Origin: Octopus bimaculoides
Lineage: Eukaryota
DNA: 64,000 bases
Direction of reading: 5' to 3'
NCBI RefSeq assembly: GCF_001194135.2
Contig: NC_068989.1
Location: forward strand, 15,612,874 to 15,676,873
The notes under the pieces were generated by a model. That model was given only the letters and a program-made list of their open reading frames with translations. It did not search any database and was not told the DNA's origin. Shown piece after piece: positions 1 through 12,060 of this stretch. How positions within the stretch are numbered: position 1 is the stretch's first letter; each line of letters opens with the position of its first letter. The position numbers were made by a program, and so were the translations under genes.

Positions 1-38
<38 letters not shown>
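1..38. repeat. (GA)n microsatellite
   Basis: Perfect GA run at the window start. Confidence 0.98.
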
Positions 39-41
<3 letters not shown>

Positions 42-883
42 ATGCAGTAGCAGCACGACAAAGTGATAGTTGCCAATTTAATGTGGCAGTCCCAGGAAAG
101 GGAGGAATGCTACTGCTATTTAGCCCCAAGAACTACAGTTTCTAGTTGGCTACGCGACACAAGCGTTCTGTGTTCTTAAGTTTTCAGAGGAGATAAGCAC
201 CTCTACCCAACAAAGCCAGCATCCAGAGACTAGTTTCATGTTAGTTGCCCTTCATCAGTTTGGAATAGCTTGGCTTTACTAGCTGTCGGTGCTAATCGCT
301 GTTGTTCCTACACCTGTCTTCGTCTTTTGCTTTTCAATAAATTTGAATTATATACATTGAATTGCATTGCGAATTTAACATAAAGCTGCGAAAGTAGACA
401 GAAATGTTTACACTTAAACTTACATTTCGATATTTCGGTGTCAAAACTGTATTGCCAATAGGAAATGGTATACGCTGTTGATAAAGGGGTCTTGACCTCG
501 AAATATCGGAATATGATAGTAAATGTAAACCGTCTTCTGTACTGTTTGCTTTTCATTTTTTAGAATTTGCATTGCAATGGCTTTAAGCAGTTTTATCTAT
601 CTATCTATCTAAATGGAGAGCTGATGGGTGAGTGAGAGAGAGAGAAGAGGAGAGTAAAGGTGAGAGAGGGGGATAGAGAAAGGCTGAAGGTGATAGGGGA
701 AGACATTGTGTTTCTAGTTTTAGCTATTGAAGAACTTGCTATACCATTACTTCGTTCCATTTGAACCAGAGTATAAAAAGATCATATATTTTACTTCGAA
801 ATGTGACTAACAACTAGCATAGGGAGAGTAGCTCGACTATTTCTGTAGATCATAATATTAATTTCCCTCTCGAAGAATCAGAC

Positions 884-1045
884 TATACATACATACATAC
901 ATACATACGTATATACATACATAAATACGTCCATACATATCTAAATACGTCCATACATATATAAATACGTACATATATACATAAATACGTACATACATAC
1001 ATATATATATGCATATATGTCCATACATACATACCTACATACATA
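884..1045. repeat. Degenerate (TACA)n microsatellite / minisatellite
   Basis: TACA runs with recurring ATACGT(A/C)CATACAT units. Confidence 0.9.
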
Positions 1046-1387
1046 GAAATACGCACCAGATGCATTTGTGTATATGTGTGTGCGTGGATGTGTTTGTGCG
1101 TGTCTCTGCATGTTCTTTTCTGTCTTGTAACACTGTACCGTAGTGTCAAGACAGAATAATTATCCACTAAATTAGTGTTAAAATGTAATAAATATTCGAT
1201 TCTGTATGATCGACGAAGACTTTGTAGTGAACTTAATAACAACATGACCACGCCCGCACCCACATCAAGGGTACGCTTAAATATAATTTGTGCGTCTATA
1301 CAATTTCTTTAGTATGCCCTTGTGAGCATTATCATGTGTGAACGTGTGTGTGTGTTATTTTATGTCTCTGTATGTTTAAATTTTTAG

Positions 1388-1590
1388 AACAGCAGCCATG
1401 CTAGGGCACCCCACCCCCCCCAGTACCTCGTCAATCATATGGAAACTTCATACCTATTTTAATCTGGTTTATATCTATAAAATGCTATATGTCGAACCGC
1501 TAAGTTATGAGAAGTAAAGAAGAATCAACATAAACAATTTGGTCATTTTGACCGGTGTAAACAGACATAGACGACCGTACACACAAATAT
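1388..1590 (-). mobile_element. SINE family B, degenerate 3' half
   Basis: Reverse complement of the B tail motifs: GCAGCCATGCTAGGGCACC and GTCGAACCGCTAAGTTA. Confidence 0.6.
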
Positions 1591-1629
1591 TGTAAGAATG
1601 GTTTCTAATTTAGGTGAGGTGTTTAGTCG

Positions 1630-1765
1630 TATTTCACTTTATCGACGCCATAGTGTTGAAAGGCAAAATTCCGACCCCGTCGGAATTTGAACACAGAGCT
1701 TAAAGATTAGGAAGAAATAACAGCAGATATGTTGTCTGCACTCTAACATCTTTACCAACGTGCCA
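1630..1765 (-). mobile_element. SINE family C, degenerate
   Basis: TTATCGAC...GAAAGGCAAAATTCCGACCCCGTCGGAATTTGAAC matches the family C core on the minus strand. Confidence 0.7.
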
Positions 1766-2001
1766 CTTCAGAAATGTAGTGATAATAGAAATAAATATTA
1801 CGCCGATTTAACGAAAAATATATATTTCGAGCAGGAGAGGGCTCCATAAAAGAGGAAATGAATTCATGTTTAAAACAATAATATAAAGTCTTTCTATGAT
1901 GAAATAATAATATGAGGAAATAGAATAATAGTGAGAGCGAAAAGCCAGGAGGAAATAAAATCTTGTTATACATATTAAGATAAATACATATGCATATTAC
2001 A

Positions 2002-2002
2002 C

Positions 2003-2047
<45 letters not shown>

Positions 2048-2048
2048 C

Positions 2049-2120
<72 letters not shown>
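2002..2120. repeat. Compound (TG)n(TA)n(TG)n microsatellite
   Basis: Direct inspection. Confidence 0.97.
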
Positions 2121-2122
<2 letters not shown>

Positions 2123-3736
2123 ACCGGGACACCAATTTATTTTTCTATTACATAACAAAATTAATTGATGTATTGGCATCATGAGCGCGTAAAGAAAAGT
2201 AAGACTTATCAGAAAAAATAAAATACTTCTTATATATATATAAAACCGTAAGATATTGCGACTGATATCAGAAATTAATTTAAAAAAGAAGAAGCAGAAA
2301 AACGACAAAGAAAATGAAACTATCGAGAAATCTCCCAAGATTTTTTTATTTCTTATTTTTAGTTGTAAAAGAACTTTACAAAATAAACCCTGGCAAACGA
2401 AGTTGACATTAAAAAGCAATTTTAGAATCAACTTACAAAAATAATTATTATTCTGATAATAGAAATTAGTATCTATCAAATGTAATTGCAGTGCTGTTTT
2501 CCGTGTAAAGCATGCTAGGAGAGAGCTCGATAAACCTGAATCGAATTAATTTTTAAAGAAATAATAAAATCAAATGTAAATTAGCAGGTTCTATATTGTA
2601 TGTAGTATTCAAAGACATTCTGAACTAATTGAAATTTTCTGTCTTGGAGGAATAAAGCAAATTATTTGCGGCAATTCATAGAGAATTGCTAAGAAATTAG
2701 GAGTTACTCTCAAATCTAGTTAATTCAGATGCTTCGAGGATTGGCTGATGATTGTTCACAAGAAGGCACAGTTACGGAGATTTGTTCTTCACCTCTTGAA
2801 AATAATCCGTCTTTCATTTAAGAGTTCCTAACAATTGCTGCTAGAGCTGTTTTTCCCTCCAACTGCGAAAAAAGTTTTAATTAATAAGTTTTTACAAACG
2901 GTACTGTGTGTCACCACAAGGCTTTTTTAAAATTAACTTTATGTCATCTTATTACCTGAGATATTCCTCCTAGCTTAATTTGTTATAAGTTTATTCGAAT
3001 TTTATTCGAATAAATTATTCCTAACTCTTTTTCTATACGTAAAAGTCGTTAACCACTTCTTATATATGTTTGACTAACCTCTAAAAAGTAGATGAAATTT
3101 AGTAGACCAAAGCTTGCCCATAATTGTCCCTAACTTGCAAACAAATATCAAATATTTTCGTAAATTAAAAAGATTATCGCCCCTTTTTTTCTTTCTTTTT
3201 GTGAGCATTCCTAACAATTGCAATTGGTTTTCTTTGTCTTTTCCATCAAAGAAGGCTAGTAATTAATGATTATTTTTCGTTCCCCAGTAGCCAGATCACC
3301 CCTTAAAGAATTTATCAAAATTTGTAGTATTGGCATATTTGAATTATCTTTCTGAGATTGTTAATAAAATATAAATAATACCTGATGATGGCAGCTATTA
3401 GAAAGGAGAAAATCATTTTTTCATATGAGTGGGATTGGAAAACAAAAGATAAAGATGCATGCAATTCACGTTTTAAATTTTCTTTACATAATATGAAGTC
3501 CTTACAATTTCTCTTCATTGGTAATCATGTATAGCAATATTTCATTCTTATTACAAATCGTCAGCATGATATAACCTATGACTCATTAAATATTATTTTA
3601 CGAAGCAAGACATTTCATTTCAAATACAAATAAGAAAAATCTAGGTGAAAGTCATATATGCCATATATATTGAAATATGTATGTGTACATTAATACACAT
3701 ACATATACACATGTGCATATAAATACATACATACAA

Positions 3737-4308
3737 GTTCGTGTTCGGTATTGCCATCGTCTCATTGAAAGTCCCACAAATGGGAAGGCTACGACCAGCC
3801 ATTTTTATGATAGGTCTTACTTTTTGTATGAAGCGATACCTGTGCATGATAATTTTTTAGAGTGGGGATAGGATTTGAAGAGATCCAGTCCAACTCTCTG
3901 AACATGGACAACATAAACTCGAAAAGAACTAGTCAACGTCTTTGAATATTGTCAGTGTCGCAGGTTTTCTCAAAGAGTTTCCCTCTCCAAGAGAGATGTT
4001 GCGACAACAACAGAGGTGTCTCCCACTCCCAGTGGGCCAGCCGTCTACCTGGATACCAACCCAGGTATTTCCACGTCCCTGCGCATACATACATACATAC
4101 ATACATACATATGTACACTTATTGTTGGATAGCCGTTGACTGCTCATGAGCTCTTCCTCCCTTTGACAGGTCTTATTTTTCGTCCCGCAGAGTGTCCAAC
4201 AACTCCTCATCAAACAAGCTTGTTGAAGTTGCCAGTTTAGTCGCCGACGACCCAACCCTGCAACACGTTGTACTGGGTTACATGTTACCAATAAAAGAGC
4301 GACCAGAA
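3737..4308 (-). mobile_element. Probable 5' fragment of an RTE-type LINE (5'UTR plus start of the APE domain), interrupted by (TACA)n
   Basis: Minus strand has GGAGAGGGAAACTCT, resembling RTE 5'UTR motifs as recalled, followed by ...LPICGTFNETM, resembling the APE N-terminal GTWNVRT motif. Weak and degenerate. Confidence 0.4.
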
Positions 4309-5179
4309 ATACATACATACATACATACATACATACATACATACATACATACATACGTGCATACATACATAAAGTTATAGATAACGAGAGAAATAGTGTG
4401 ATGAAATATATTTAACTATAATAAAATTCAAACATCAGGACGAATTTCTGCATCGTTTTAAAGCATTTTTTTTGTATTATTGCAGACATGTAAATAATCA
4501 ATTTATTATTAAATATTGTAAAATAAACTATATTTACATGATTTATGTTACGAAACAATTTGTTGTGATATTTGAATTTTCTGATAGTTAAATAAGTTTC
4601 ATCATACCATTCCTCTCGTCATTTATTACTTTATAGACACCTTATCGTTTTCCCTTGTGTCGTACTATATATGTTCTGTAGGCGGATACATTAAGGAGCT
4701 TTTATGTACGAGTACTACAGGATTAATCTGAGTCCTACAAATCGACTCTAGTACTTATTTTTAAAATCTGTTACATCTATCGACTTCTGATACCGAATCG
4801 CTAAATTTTGGATTTTGGTTACCAAAACAAACAAAATCCGGGTATAATATATATATATATATATATTATAAAAGATTTAGATTTACATTCAAAATTGAAT
4901 ATGGTACTTATGTTTAGGCACCAGAATATAGTATGGTATTATCCAAAAACCATTCTAAAAGCAAGGTGCTCAAAAAATCAAAATAAGCAACACGGATTTA
5001 AAAATCTTTAAAATCCGTGTTGCTTATTTTGATTATATATATATATNNNNNNNNNNTATGTTTAGGCACCAGAATATAGTATGGTATTATCCAAAAACCA
5101 TTCTAAAAGCAAGGTGCTCAAAAAATCAAAATAAGCAACACGGATTTAAAAATCTTTAAAATCCGTGTTGCTTATTTTG

Positions 5180-5212
<33 letters not shown>

Positions 5213-5215
<3 letters not shown>

Positions 5216-5375
5216 ACGGGCTTCTATCAGTTGCACCCACTCACCAAATCCACTCACAAGGCTTTGGTCAATCCAGGACTAATGTAGAAGACACTTGCCC
5301 AAGGTACCAAGCAGTGGAAATGAAACTGGAACCATGTGGGTGGGAAGCAAACTTCTTAACACACAGCCACGCCTA
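5213..5375 (-). mobile_element. SINE family B, 5' half (tRNA-like head plus core) ending in (TA)n
   Basis: AGAAGACACTTGCCCAAGGTACCAAGCAGTGG...GGAAGCAAACTTCTTAACACACAGCCAC matches the reverse complement of the B head. Confidence 0.88.
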
Positions 5376-5663
5376 TCTTAAGAAAGTTAAGAAGGTTACG
5401 TCTATCATTGCATTACATTTAAAATAATCCTCGTGGTGTTTTTCATTTGAAACTATTATTGAATATAATACGTTAAATTTTCTTGATTATATATATGCAT
5501 TTTTAATTCTTAAAATTAATTTGAACGCCAAAAACAGGAATATCGAGATGTAAACAAGGCAGTGGTAATGAAATTACAGTCGTGATGTGTAAAAACTGGG
5601 TCACTCAGAGAAAACATACGCCCAAATATTAAAACTGCAAATGGATTCAGTGATAAAGATATG

Positions 5664-6050
5664 ACATTGATTTCAAATTTTGGCGCAAGGTCAGCAATTT
5701 TTAGGGTGGGGTTAAGTCGGTTACACTTGCCCAAGGGGCCACGCAGTGCGACTGGACTCAGATCCATGCGGTTGGTAAGCAAGCTATTTACCACACAACC
5801 ATGCCTGTATGATATGTGTGTGTGTGTGCGTGTGTGTGTTTGAGTGTGTGTGTGAGTGTGTGCGTATCTTTTGTTAGCACCTGCTACCACCGCTTGGCAG
5901 CCGGTTGTGGTGTGTTTGCGTCCTCGTAAAATAGCGATTCAGCAAAAGAGAACGAACAAATAAGTACGAGACTTCAGACAAACTGGGGTCGATATCATCA
6001 AAGTGATACTTCAGCATGGCTGCAGTCCAATGGGAAAATAAAAGATAAAA
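5664..6050. mobile_element. Composite: SINE C tail (-, 5664-5722), SINE B head (-, 5722-5808), (TG)n, SINE B tail (+, 5870-6050)
   Basis: Each block matches other copies in the window, but the B head and B tail are in opposite orientations. Confidence 0.75.
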
Positions 6051-6707
6051 CATGTATTATTTATAGAATTAAATGACGCTCGCTACTATTATTGCATATA
6101 TATCCGCCATGTACATTTTGGAAAACAGTCACATTTCTTCCAAAGTAATTTTTCAAAAGAAATCTCATTACATTAAAACAAACCGAATATACCTTCGTTG
6201 GGAATAATTTTAGGCCATTCATATTTCCGTCGTGGCAACGCNNNNNNNNNNNNNNNNNNNNNNNNNNNNNNNNNNNNNNNNNNNNNNNNNNNNNNNNNNN
6301 NNNNNNNNNNNNNNNNNNNNNNNNNNNNNNNNNNNNNNNNNNNNNNNNNNNNNNNNNNNNNNNNNNNNNNNNNNNNNNNNNNNNNNNNNNNNNNNNNNNN
6401 NNNNNNNNNNNNNNNNNNNNNNNNNNNNNNNNNNNNNNNNNNNNNNNNNNNNNNNNNNNNNNNNNNNNNNNNNNNNNNNNNNNNNNNNNNNNNNNNNNNN
6501 NNNNNNNNNNNNNNNNNNNNNNNNNNNNNNNNNNNNNNNNNNNNNNNNNNNNNNNNNNNNNNNNNNNNNNNNNNNNNNNNNNNNNNNNNNNNNNNNNNNN
6601 NNNNNNNNNNNNNNNNNNNNNNNNNGTGAGGTAGACAGGAAAAATAGAACTAACAGAACTAAAAATATGACCATAAGTATATTTTTATTAATATTTAGCA
6701 GCAGAAA

Positions 6708-6766
6708 GGCGGCGATATGGCAGAAACGTTAGCACGCCGGGCGAACTGCTTGGCGATATCCCGTCT
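6708..6766 (+). mobile_element. SINE family C head (nt 1-59), truncated by the LINE that follows
   Basis: GGCGGCGATATGGCAGAAACGTTAGCACGCCGGGCGAACTGCTTGGCGATATCCCGTCT versus consensus GGCGGCGAGCTGGCAGAAACGTTAGCACGCCGGGCGAAATGCTTAGCGGTATTTCGTCT. Confidence 0.92.
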
Positions 6767-7794
6767 CTGTGCGTTGTACGAGCTTATTTGTTTGTGCTGC
6801 GTTTGCAGCGGGTTTTGAGTTGTTGTGCCGTCTCTCGGTGGTACTGAGGGATGGCGAGTGAAGTCGTATACGTTCGGACCCCAGTGAAACAGAATTGTCC
6901 TCTTCAGAGGAGGAACTGGTCAGAGCTATCAAAAGGATGGACGAAAATTTAAAAAGAAAAAGCTTTGCAGAGGCAAAAGAGCTAAGAAAAGGTCAGTGAA
7001 TTTAATGAACTTAAAAGAGGACAGTAAAATGGCAGTAAGGGTGCGGAATGACGTAAGGCTTTCCTCACCTCAGGCTAAAATAGAGGAGATGCAATAGAAG
7101 ACGGTAGTATACAAGGCATACTCCGTAGAGAAAGGGAGAGTGGATCATGTGGAGGAAAGTGAGATTGATAAGGCACTAGCGGTGGTCTGGCCCGTTATCA
7201 TCTATCTGACCAGAGGAAGCAAATATGGAACTGCAATTGTGCATTATAGAACGGTAGATAAAGCGGTAGTCAATGCAGCCAAAATATTAAAAACTGATAA
7301 GACAGTCCTCTTACCATCCTATATGGGTAAGAGGATATCAAAAATAAAAGTTGAAGGGGTTCCACCAGAAATTGATGAGGCTTGGGTTGTGGGGGCCCTC
7401 TTCACAGAAAAGGAGAAGGAAGTCACGGTTTTTCAAGCTGAAGTGACAGATGGTACAGCATGGAAAGGAAAGATTATTGAAATAACTGTGCAGGCTAGTA
7501 TGGAGACGTTGGAAGGATTGGCGGAAAACCTGTAGATCGGTGATTTGAGCCTGAAAGTGTGAGTAGAGGGCAGGATTCTTCGCTGTTTTAAATGTGGCCA
7601 GAAAGGCCACATAAGAGCGAACTGCCCTCCACCACCCAAAATGGTAGAAGAGCGACAGCCAACACCACAAGAGAAGATACAAGAAGTAGAAAAATAAACT
7701 CCAATATTAGAAGATAGGGAATGGGAAACAGCCGGGAGGAGAAAAAAAAATAAAAAGAAAGTACTTGTGAACCCCAACCCACCCATTGCCCACC
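6767..7794 (+). mobile_element. L1/Tx1-type LINE copy 1: 5'UTR and disrupted ORF1, running into an assembly gap
   Basis: ORF1 remnant with KRKSFA and YLTRGSKYGT...LLPSYMGKRISKIKVEGVPP, homologous to ORF1 at 53591-54246, plus a gag-type zinc knuckle. Confidence 0.85.
6851..7794 (+). pseudogene. LINE ORF1 (gag-like) pseudogene with CCHC zinc knuckle
   Basis: ATG at 6851, then frameshifts and stops. CFKCGQKGHIRANC (CX2CX4HX4C) at 7584-7625 is in the same frame as the 7140-7535 ORF, beyond two in-frame stops. Confidence 0.85.
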
Positions 7795-8301
7795 NNNNNN
7801 NNNNNNNNNNNNNNNNNNNNNNNNNNNNNNNNNNNNNNNNNNNNNNNNNNNNNNNNNNNNNNNNNNNNNNNNNNNNNNNNNNNNNNNNNNNNNNNNNNNN
7901 NNNNNNNNNNNNNNNNNNNNNNNNNNNNNNNNNNNNNNNNNNNNNNNNNNNNNNNNNNNNNNNNNNNNNNNNNNNNNNNNNNNNNNNNNNNNNNNNNNNN
8001 NNNNNNNNNNNNNNNNNNNNNNNNNNNNNNNNNNNNNNNNNNNNNNNNNNNNNNNNNNNNNNNNNNNNNNNNNNNNNNNNNNNNNNNNNNNNNNNNNNNN
8101 NNNNNNNNNNNNNNNNNNNNNNNNNNNNNNNNNNNNNNNNNNNNNNNNNNNNNNNNNNNNNNNNNNNNNNNNNNNNNNNNNNNNNNNNNNNNNNNNNNNN
8201 NNNNNNNNNNNNNNNNNNNNNNNNNNNNNNNNNNNNNNNNNNNNNNNNNNNNNNNNNNNNNNNNNNNNNNNNNNNNNNNNNNNNNNNNNNNNNNNNNNNN
8301 N

Positions 8302-8572
8302 ATATATATATATATGTATATATATATATGTATGTGTGTGTATATGTTTGTGTGTGTGTTTGTCCTCCCACCCCCGACATCGCTTGGTAACCGATGCTGG
8401 TGCCTTTACGTCCCTGTAACTTAGCGGGTCGGCAAAAAGAACCGATATAATAATGAATACTAGGTTTACAAAGAATAAGTCCTGGGGTCGATTTGCTCGA
8501 CTAAAGGCGGTGCTCCAGCATGGCCGCAGTCAAATGACTGAAACAAATAAAAGAATAAAAGAATAAAAGAAT
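8302..8572 (+). mobile_element. SINE family B: internal microsatellite plus 3' half
   Basis: Near-consensus tail ...GTCCTGGGGTCGATTTGCTCGACTAAAGGCGGTGCTCCAGCATGGCCGCAGTCAAATGACTGAAAC followed by (AATAAAAG)n. Confidence 0.92.
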
Positions 8573-9010
8573 ACACACCGCAAACACGCACACACAGACA
8601 CGCACACACACACAGACACGCACACACAGACACACACACAAACATGTTATAGCTTTTCTAAGTGCACTCTGTGTATGTGTCTGTGTGCGCGCGTGCAGTT
8701 GTTGATATGCGTGAATTCTTTGATTGCGTTAATGGTGTAACACATGCACATACCCAGTCGCACACACACACATATGCGTACACGTGTGTACGTATATATG
8801 TGCCTGTGCACGATTGTGTACGCGTTTATCTGTGTGCATTTGACTTGCGTGCATTACTTGTAAAACCGTACCACTCTTTCATCAGACGATATCATGTTTG
8901 GCGACCGAGATGTTAACAGTTGTCCCCCTTTACTATGTAACACAACGTAGCATACATACACACACATATTTATACAACCACATACAAAAACCGCAACTAC
9001 GCACATATTC

Positions 9011-9192
9011 AAGCATTTGCCGCTACGTTCTGAGTTCATATTCAGCCGAGGTCGACTTTGCCTTTCATCCTTTCGGGGTCGATTAAATAAGTACCAGTTA
9101 CGCACTGGGAGTTGATATAATCGACTTAATCCGTTTGTCTGTCCTTGTTTGTCCCCTCTGTGTGTAGCCCCTTGTGGGTAGTAAAGAAATAA
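9011..9192 (+). mobile_element. SINE family C, tail variant C2, 5' truncated
   Basis: C core followed by the C2 tail TTGTCCCCTCTGTGTGTAGCCCCTTGTGGGTAGTAAAGAAATAA, as at 46070-46121. Confidence 0.9.
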
Positions 9193-9234
9193 CACACAGG
9201 CACGCATACCATACAAATTAATAGAACAGGCGAA

Positions 9235-10185
9235 TAGCCGGTGTGAGTGCCTCAACCGCTCCATCTGCTAGAAATAGAAACCAGGCTCTCCGAAATCACA
9301 CCGCAGCATCTTAAAAACAAGGAAGTATACGTTACATTTGCACAATATTATACAGAGACGGGATGGTCGTGGTAGGAACATCTTTTATCATAAATCTACT
9401 CTACCAGGGCTTATCCGAAGCTAAACAAGAACAGCTGGAGAGGTTGTGTCAGTGAACTAGCAGCAGCAACAGCAGCAGCAGTAGTAGTAGTCGCAGGAAT
9501 AGCAGCAGCAGTGGCAACAGCAGCAGTAACAGTGATTACTGTTTAGCCCAGTACTACCCAATGCAGCAGAACTATGATTAGATACCAATTTCCCCCCAAG
9601 CACAGTGCATCAAGGACTACCTTATGTAATGTGCCAAAATTTAGCTGGCATTTCTAGCTGATTGAGAGACCATATAGAGGTTCCATCGTTAAGCTTGCAA
9701 TGGCGTTGATGTTGTTGTTAGCCTTCTCCCCATCTATCAAAATTGCGATCAAATGCATTCTAGTCGTAACCATTCCACCATACTATTCAGGCAGAGTATA
9801 TCTGGGATTACATTATTCAATGTTTTTCCCACTACATTTGTCTTTGAGTGATATGGTGCAATTTGGGGGAGATTTGGCTGCTATGTCTTGCTGATCGACA
9901 TACTTCGTATAGGCTCTCTCGTTTGGTCGTTACTGTAGTAGTAATAGTAGGGTGGAATTTCGTGCTCGTAAGCAAAAGTCGTTGTAGATATCGTTCTATA
10001 GCCCAGGCTCAGTCAACCCCACTGAAACTATCCTTTCATTAACGGCTTCCTGGCCATGACCAGTCCATTTATATATTGGCCAGTATTAGCATCCAATATA
10101 TCCATTTTTTTTTCTATTTAAGACGGTGGGGTACGTTTTGGTAAAGATTTAGCTGCTATTTCTCGCAGGTCAAACGGGAGAGTAG
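9235..10185. mobile_element. Cluster of degenerate family F repeats (~190 bp, unclassified) separated by (CAG/TAG/GTA)n
   Basis: Recurrent GAGATTTGGCTGCTATTTCTAGCAGG-like motif at ~9260 (-), ~9870 and ~10145. Also seen at ~32580 and ~63770. Confidence 0.55.
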
Positions 10186-11599
10186 TTGAAGCAGTAGCAC
10201 CAGCAGTTGTCGTAGTAATAAAAGTATGGTGATGGTGGTGGTGGTAGTGATAGTTATACCATCGGTGGTACAACTTTCTTGATAAAAGAGGTGTTTCTAC
10301 CAGGCCTAATCAGAGAATCTCAAAAGTCCAAGATATTGAAATTAATTGTGGAGCATACCTTAGAGCATTGCAACTATTTTCGCCATAGTCATCCATGTTT
10401 TGACAAATTCATTAGAGAAGGGTGTCATACAACAACCCATCCTCACGAATCGATGTTGTAGTAAGTAGGATTAGAAAGTTAGTTTCGGCTTTTTCAACTT
10501 TTAAGACAGAGGGTGAGGCGGTCTCTGACATTTTCAGTTTTCGATGGTGACTCTGTTGGAACAGCAGTCTCACGGACGTTCTTCTTGTATTGCTAGTTCT
10601 GCTGCTGTCCCGTTCTGTGTTCTTTGACTTATTCAAGGCAGAAATTCCTCAAGTAGGGTTCGCATATCCACATATACCCAATTCAGGCAAAGGCGACTTT
10701 TTGAAAAAGTTTTTTGGCGCTTATCACCTACTTACACTTGCGAAAAAAATTGACTGTGAGCAGAAGGTTAAAGTTGCAACTCTTATCCTTTATTATATCT
10801 TTTGTGTGACGCCGTTCCCAAAATTGTAGCGTGTGCCTTTTTAAGTGGTAAGTGGTAGTCAAGATCAACTCCTTCCCCTCTTCCTCTATTGTCTTGAATA
10901 TTACACACACGACACCACTGAATTTTCCTCTTCCTACAAATAAGAAGTTGTGCCATTTGATCAGGGCTGCCTGCAATTATTCCTTAAGGGAAAAAAAGAC
11001 CTCTTGCGTTTTCGAAATGCTAGACAAACTTTTCTCGATCACAGATTTTCTGTTTAGTGTCCGTCTGTTTAAAACAACAGTAAAAGAATGGGGGATTGAA
11101 ATGTTTTCCCTATTTCTCTTTTCAAAATTCGCCATTATTTCTTTCGCTTTATGAAACGTGCTTGTGTCTATTATACACATTGGTGTTATTGTTATTTGTT
11201 TTGTTTTCTGTTAGAAATTCGTTATATAGATTTTTTTCTTTTCGAGAAAATGAATTTATTCTGCTTACAAATTGAATTTGTTTTCTTTTTCTACTGTTAA
11301 AAATAGTTGTCCCTTTCTTTTAAGAATTTTCCCATGTGGGATGTAATTTAAATGCTTTAATATGTCTTTATTTACGACTATTAAAGCAAAAGTATTTTTT
11401 TTCAAATTTAAGTAATTTTCCCCAAAGCAGAGAAGAATTTAATGCAGACCAATAAAATTTTCCCCTCCCTATTATGAAATGCCACACAAAAATATGTTTT
11501 CCCATGTAGTTTCACTTGATAAATACTCAAGTTATAAGAGAACGAAACCAAAGTGCGTTTGACCATCTCAAACACAGTAACAGCAACAACAAAATAATT

Positions 11600-12060
11600 C
11601 AGAAACTCTAAGAACCCGAGACTACATATAGAGGAAATGTTAAAACATGGGGGCTACCAAACATATGAAGATAAGCAAGGAAACGTTATGTAGAAAGAAA
11701 GGTAGAGGAAACAATTTTATCAATCTTTACTTTTGCCATTCGATGCTGCACATCGAGTCCTCTTTGGATGTGAATTTGCCCCGAAACAATCTTGTAGATA
11801 TTTTAAGTCTTTCGCCAACTCTTCACTTGTTGTGCAGAGAAATGTTAAGTTCAATGCAACATGGCAGAGATGGACATCTTTCACATATCTATGCTTTATC
11901 TCTATCTTCTTGTCACTGCTCATGTTATAACTTGGTGTACATAAAAGCGCACGTGGAAAAGATTTTCGTTGGCTTATCTAAAGAAATAATCCTACGTCTT
12001 CTAATGGATTCTGTATAGTACTACGGGAAATTATTAATACAGTCTTCATGAAAAGCCTAT
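11600..12060 (-). mobile_element. Possible Penelope-like RT C-terminal remnant
   Basis: Minus-strand translation gives PLEDV...KPT...LCTTSEELAKDLKYLQDCFGANSHP, resembling the PLE LPFLD/RKPT/NGYP motif series. Heavily degenerate. Confidence 0.35.

Noticed and set aside
883-2479. ORFs rich in YV/CM/HT/IY dipeptides (and similar ORFs throughout the window)
   Set aside because: These are translations of (TACA)n, (TG)n and (TA)n microsatellites.
2700-2900. Possible hAT dimerisation-domain remnant (EFLTIAARA..SNCEKSF)
   Set aside because: Only a few residues match and no TIRs were found.
4908-5212. Apparent tandem duplication of ~140 bp across a short N gap
   Set aside because: The copies are identical, sit on both sides of a minimal gap and end in (TA)n, which is typical of an unmerged contig overlap.
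6198-6732. Long ORFs made of X (also at 7433-8424, 16521-17258, 47958-48998, 58159-59061)
   Set aside because: They are open only because N gaps contain no stop codons.
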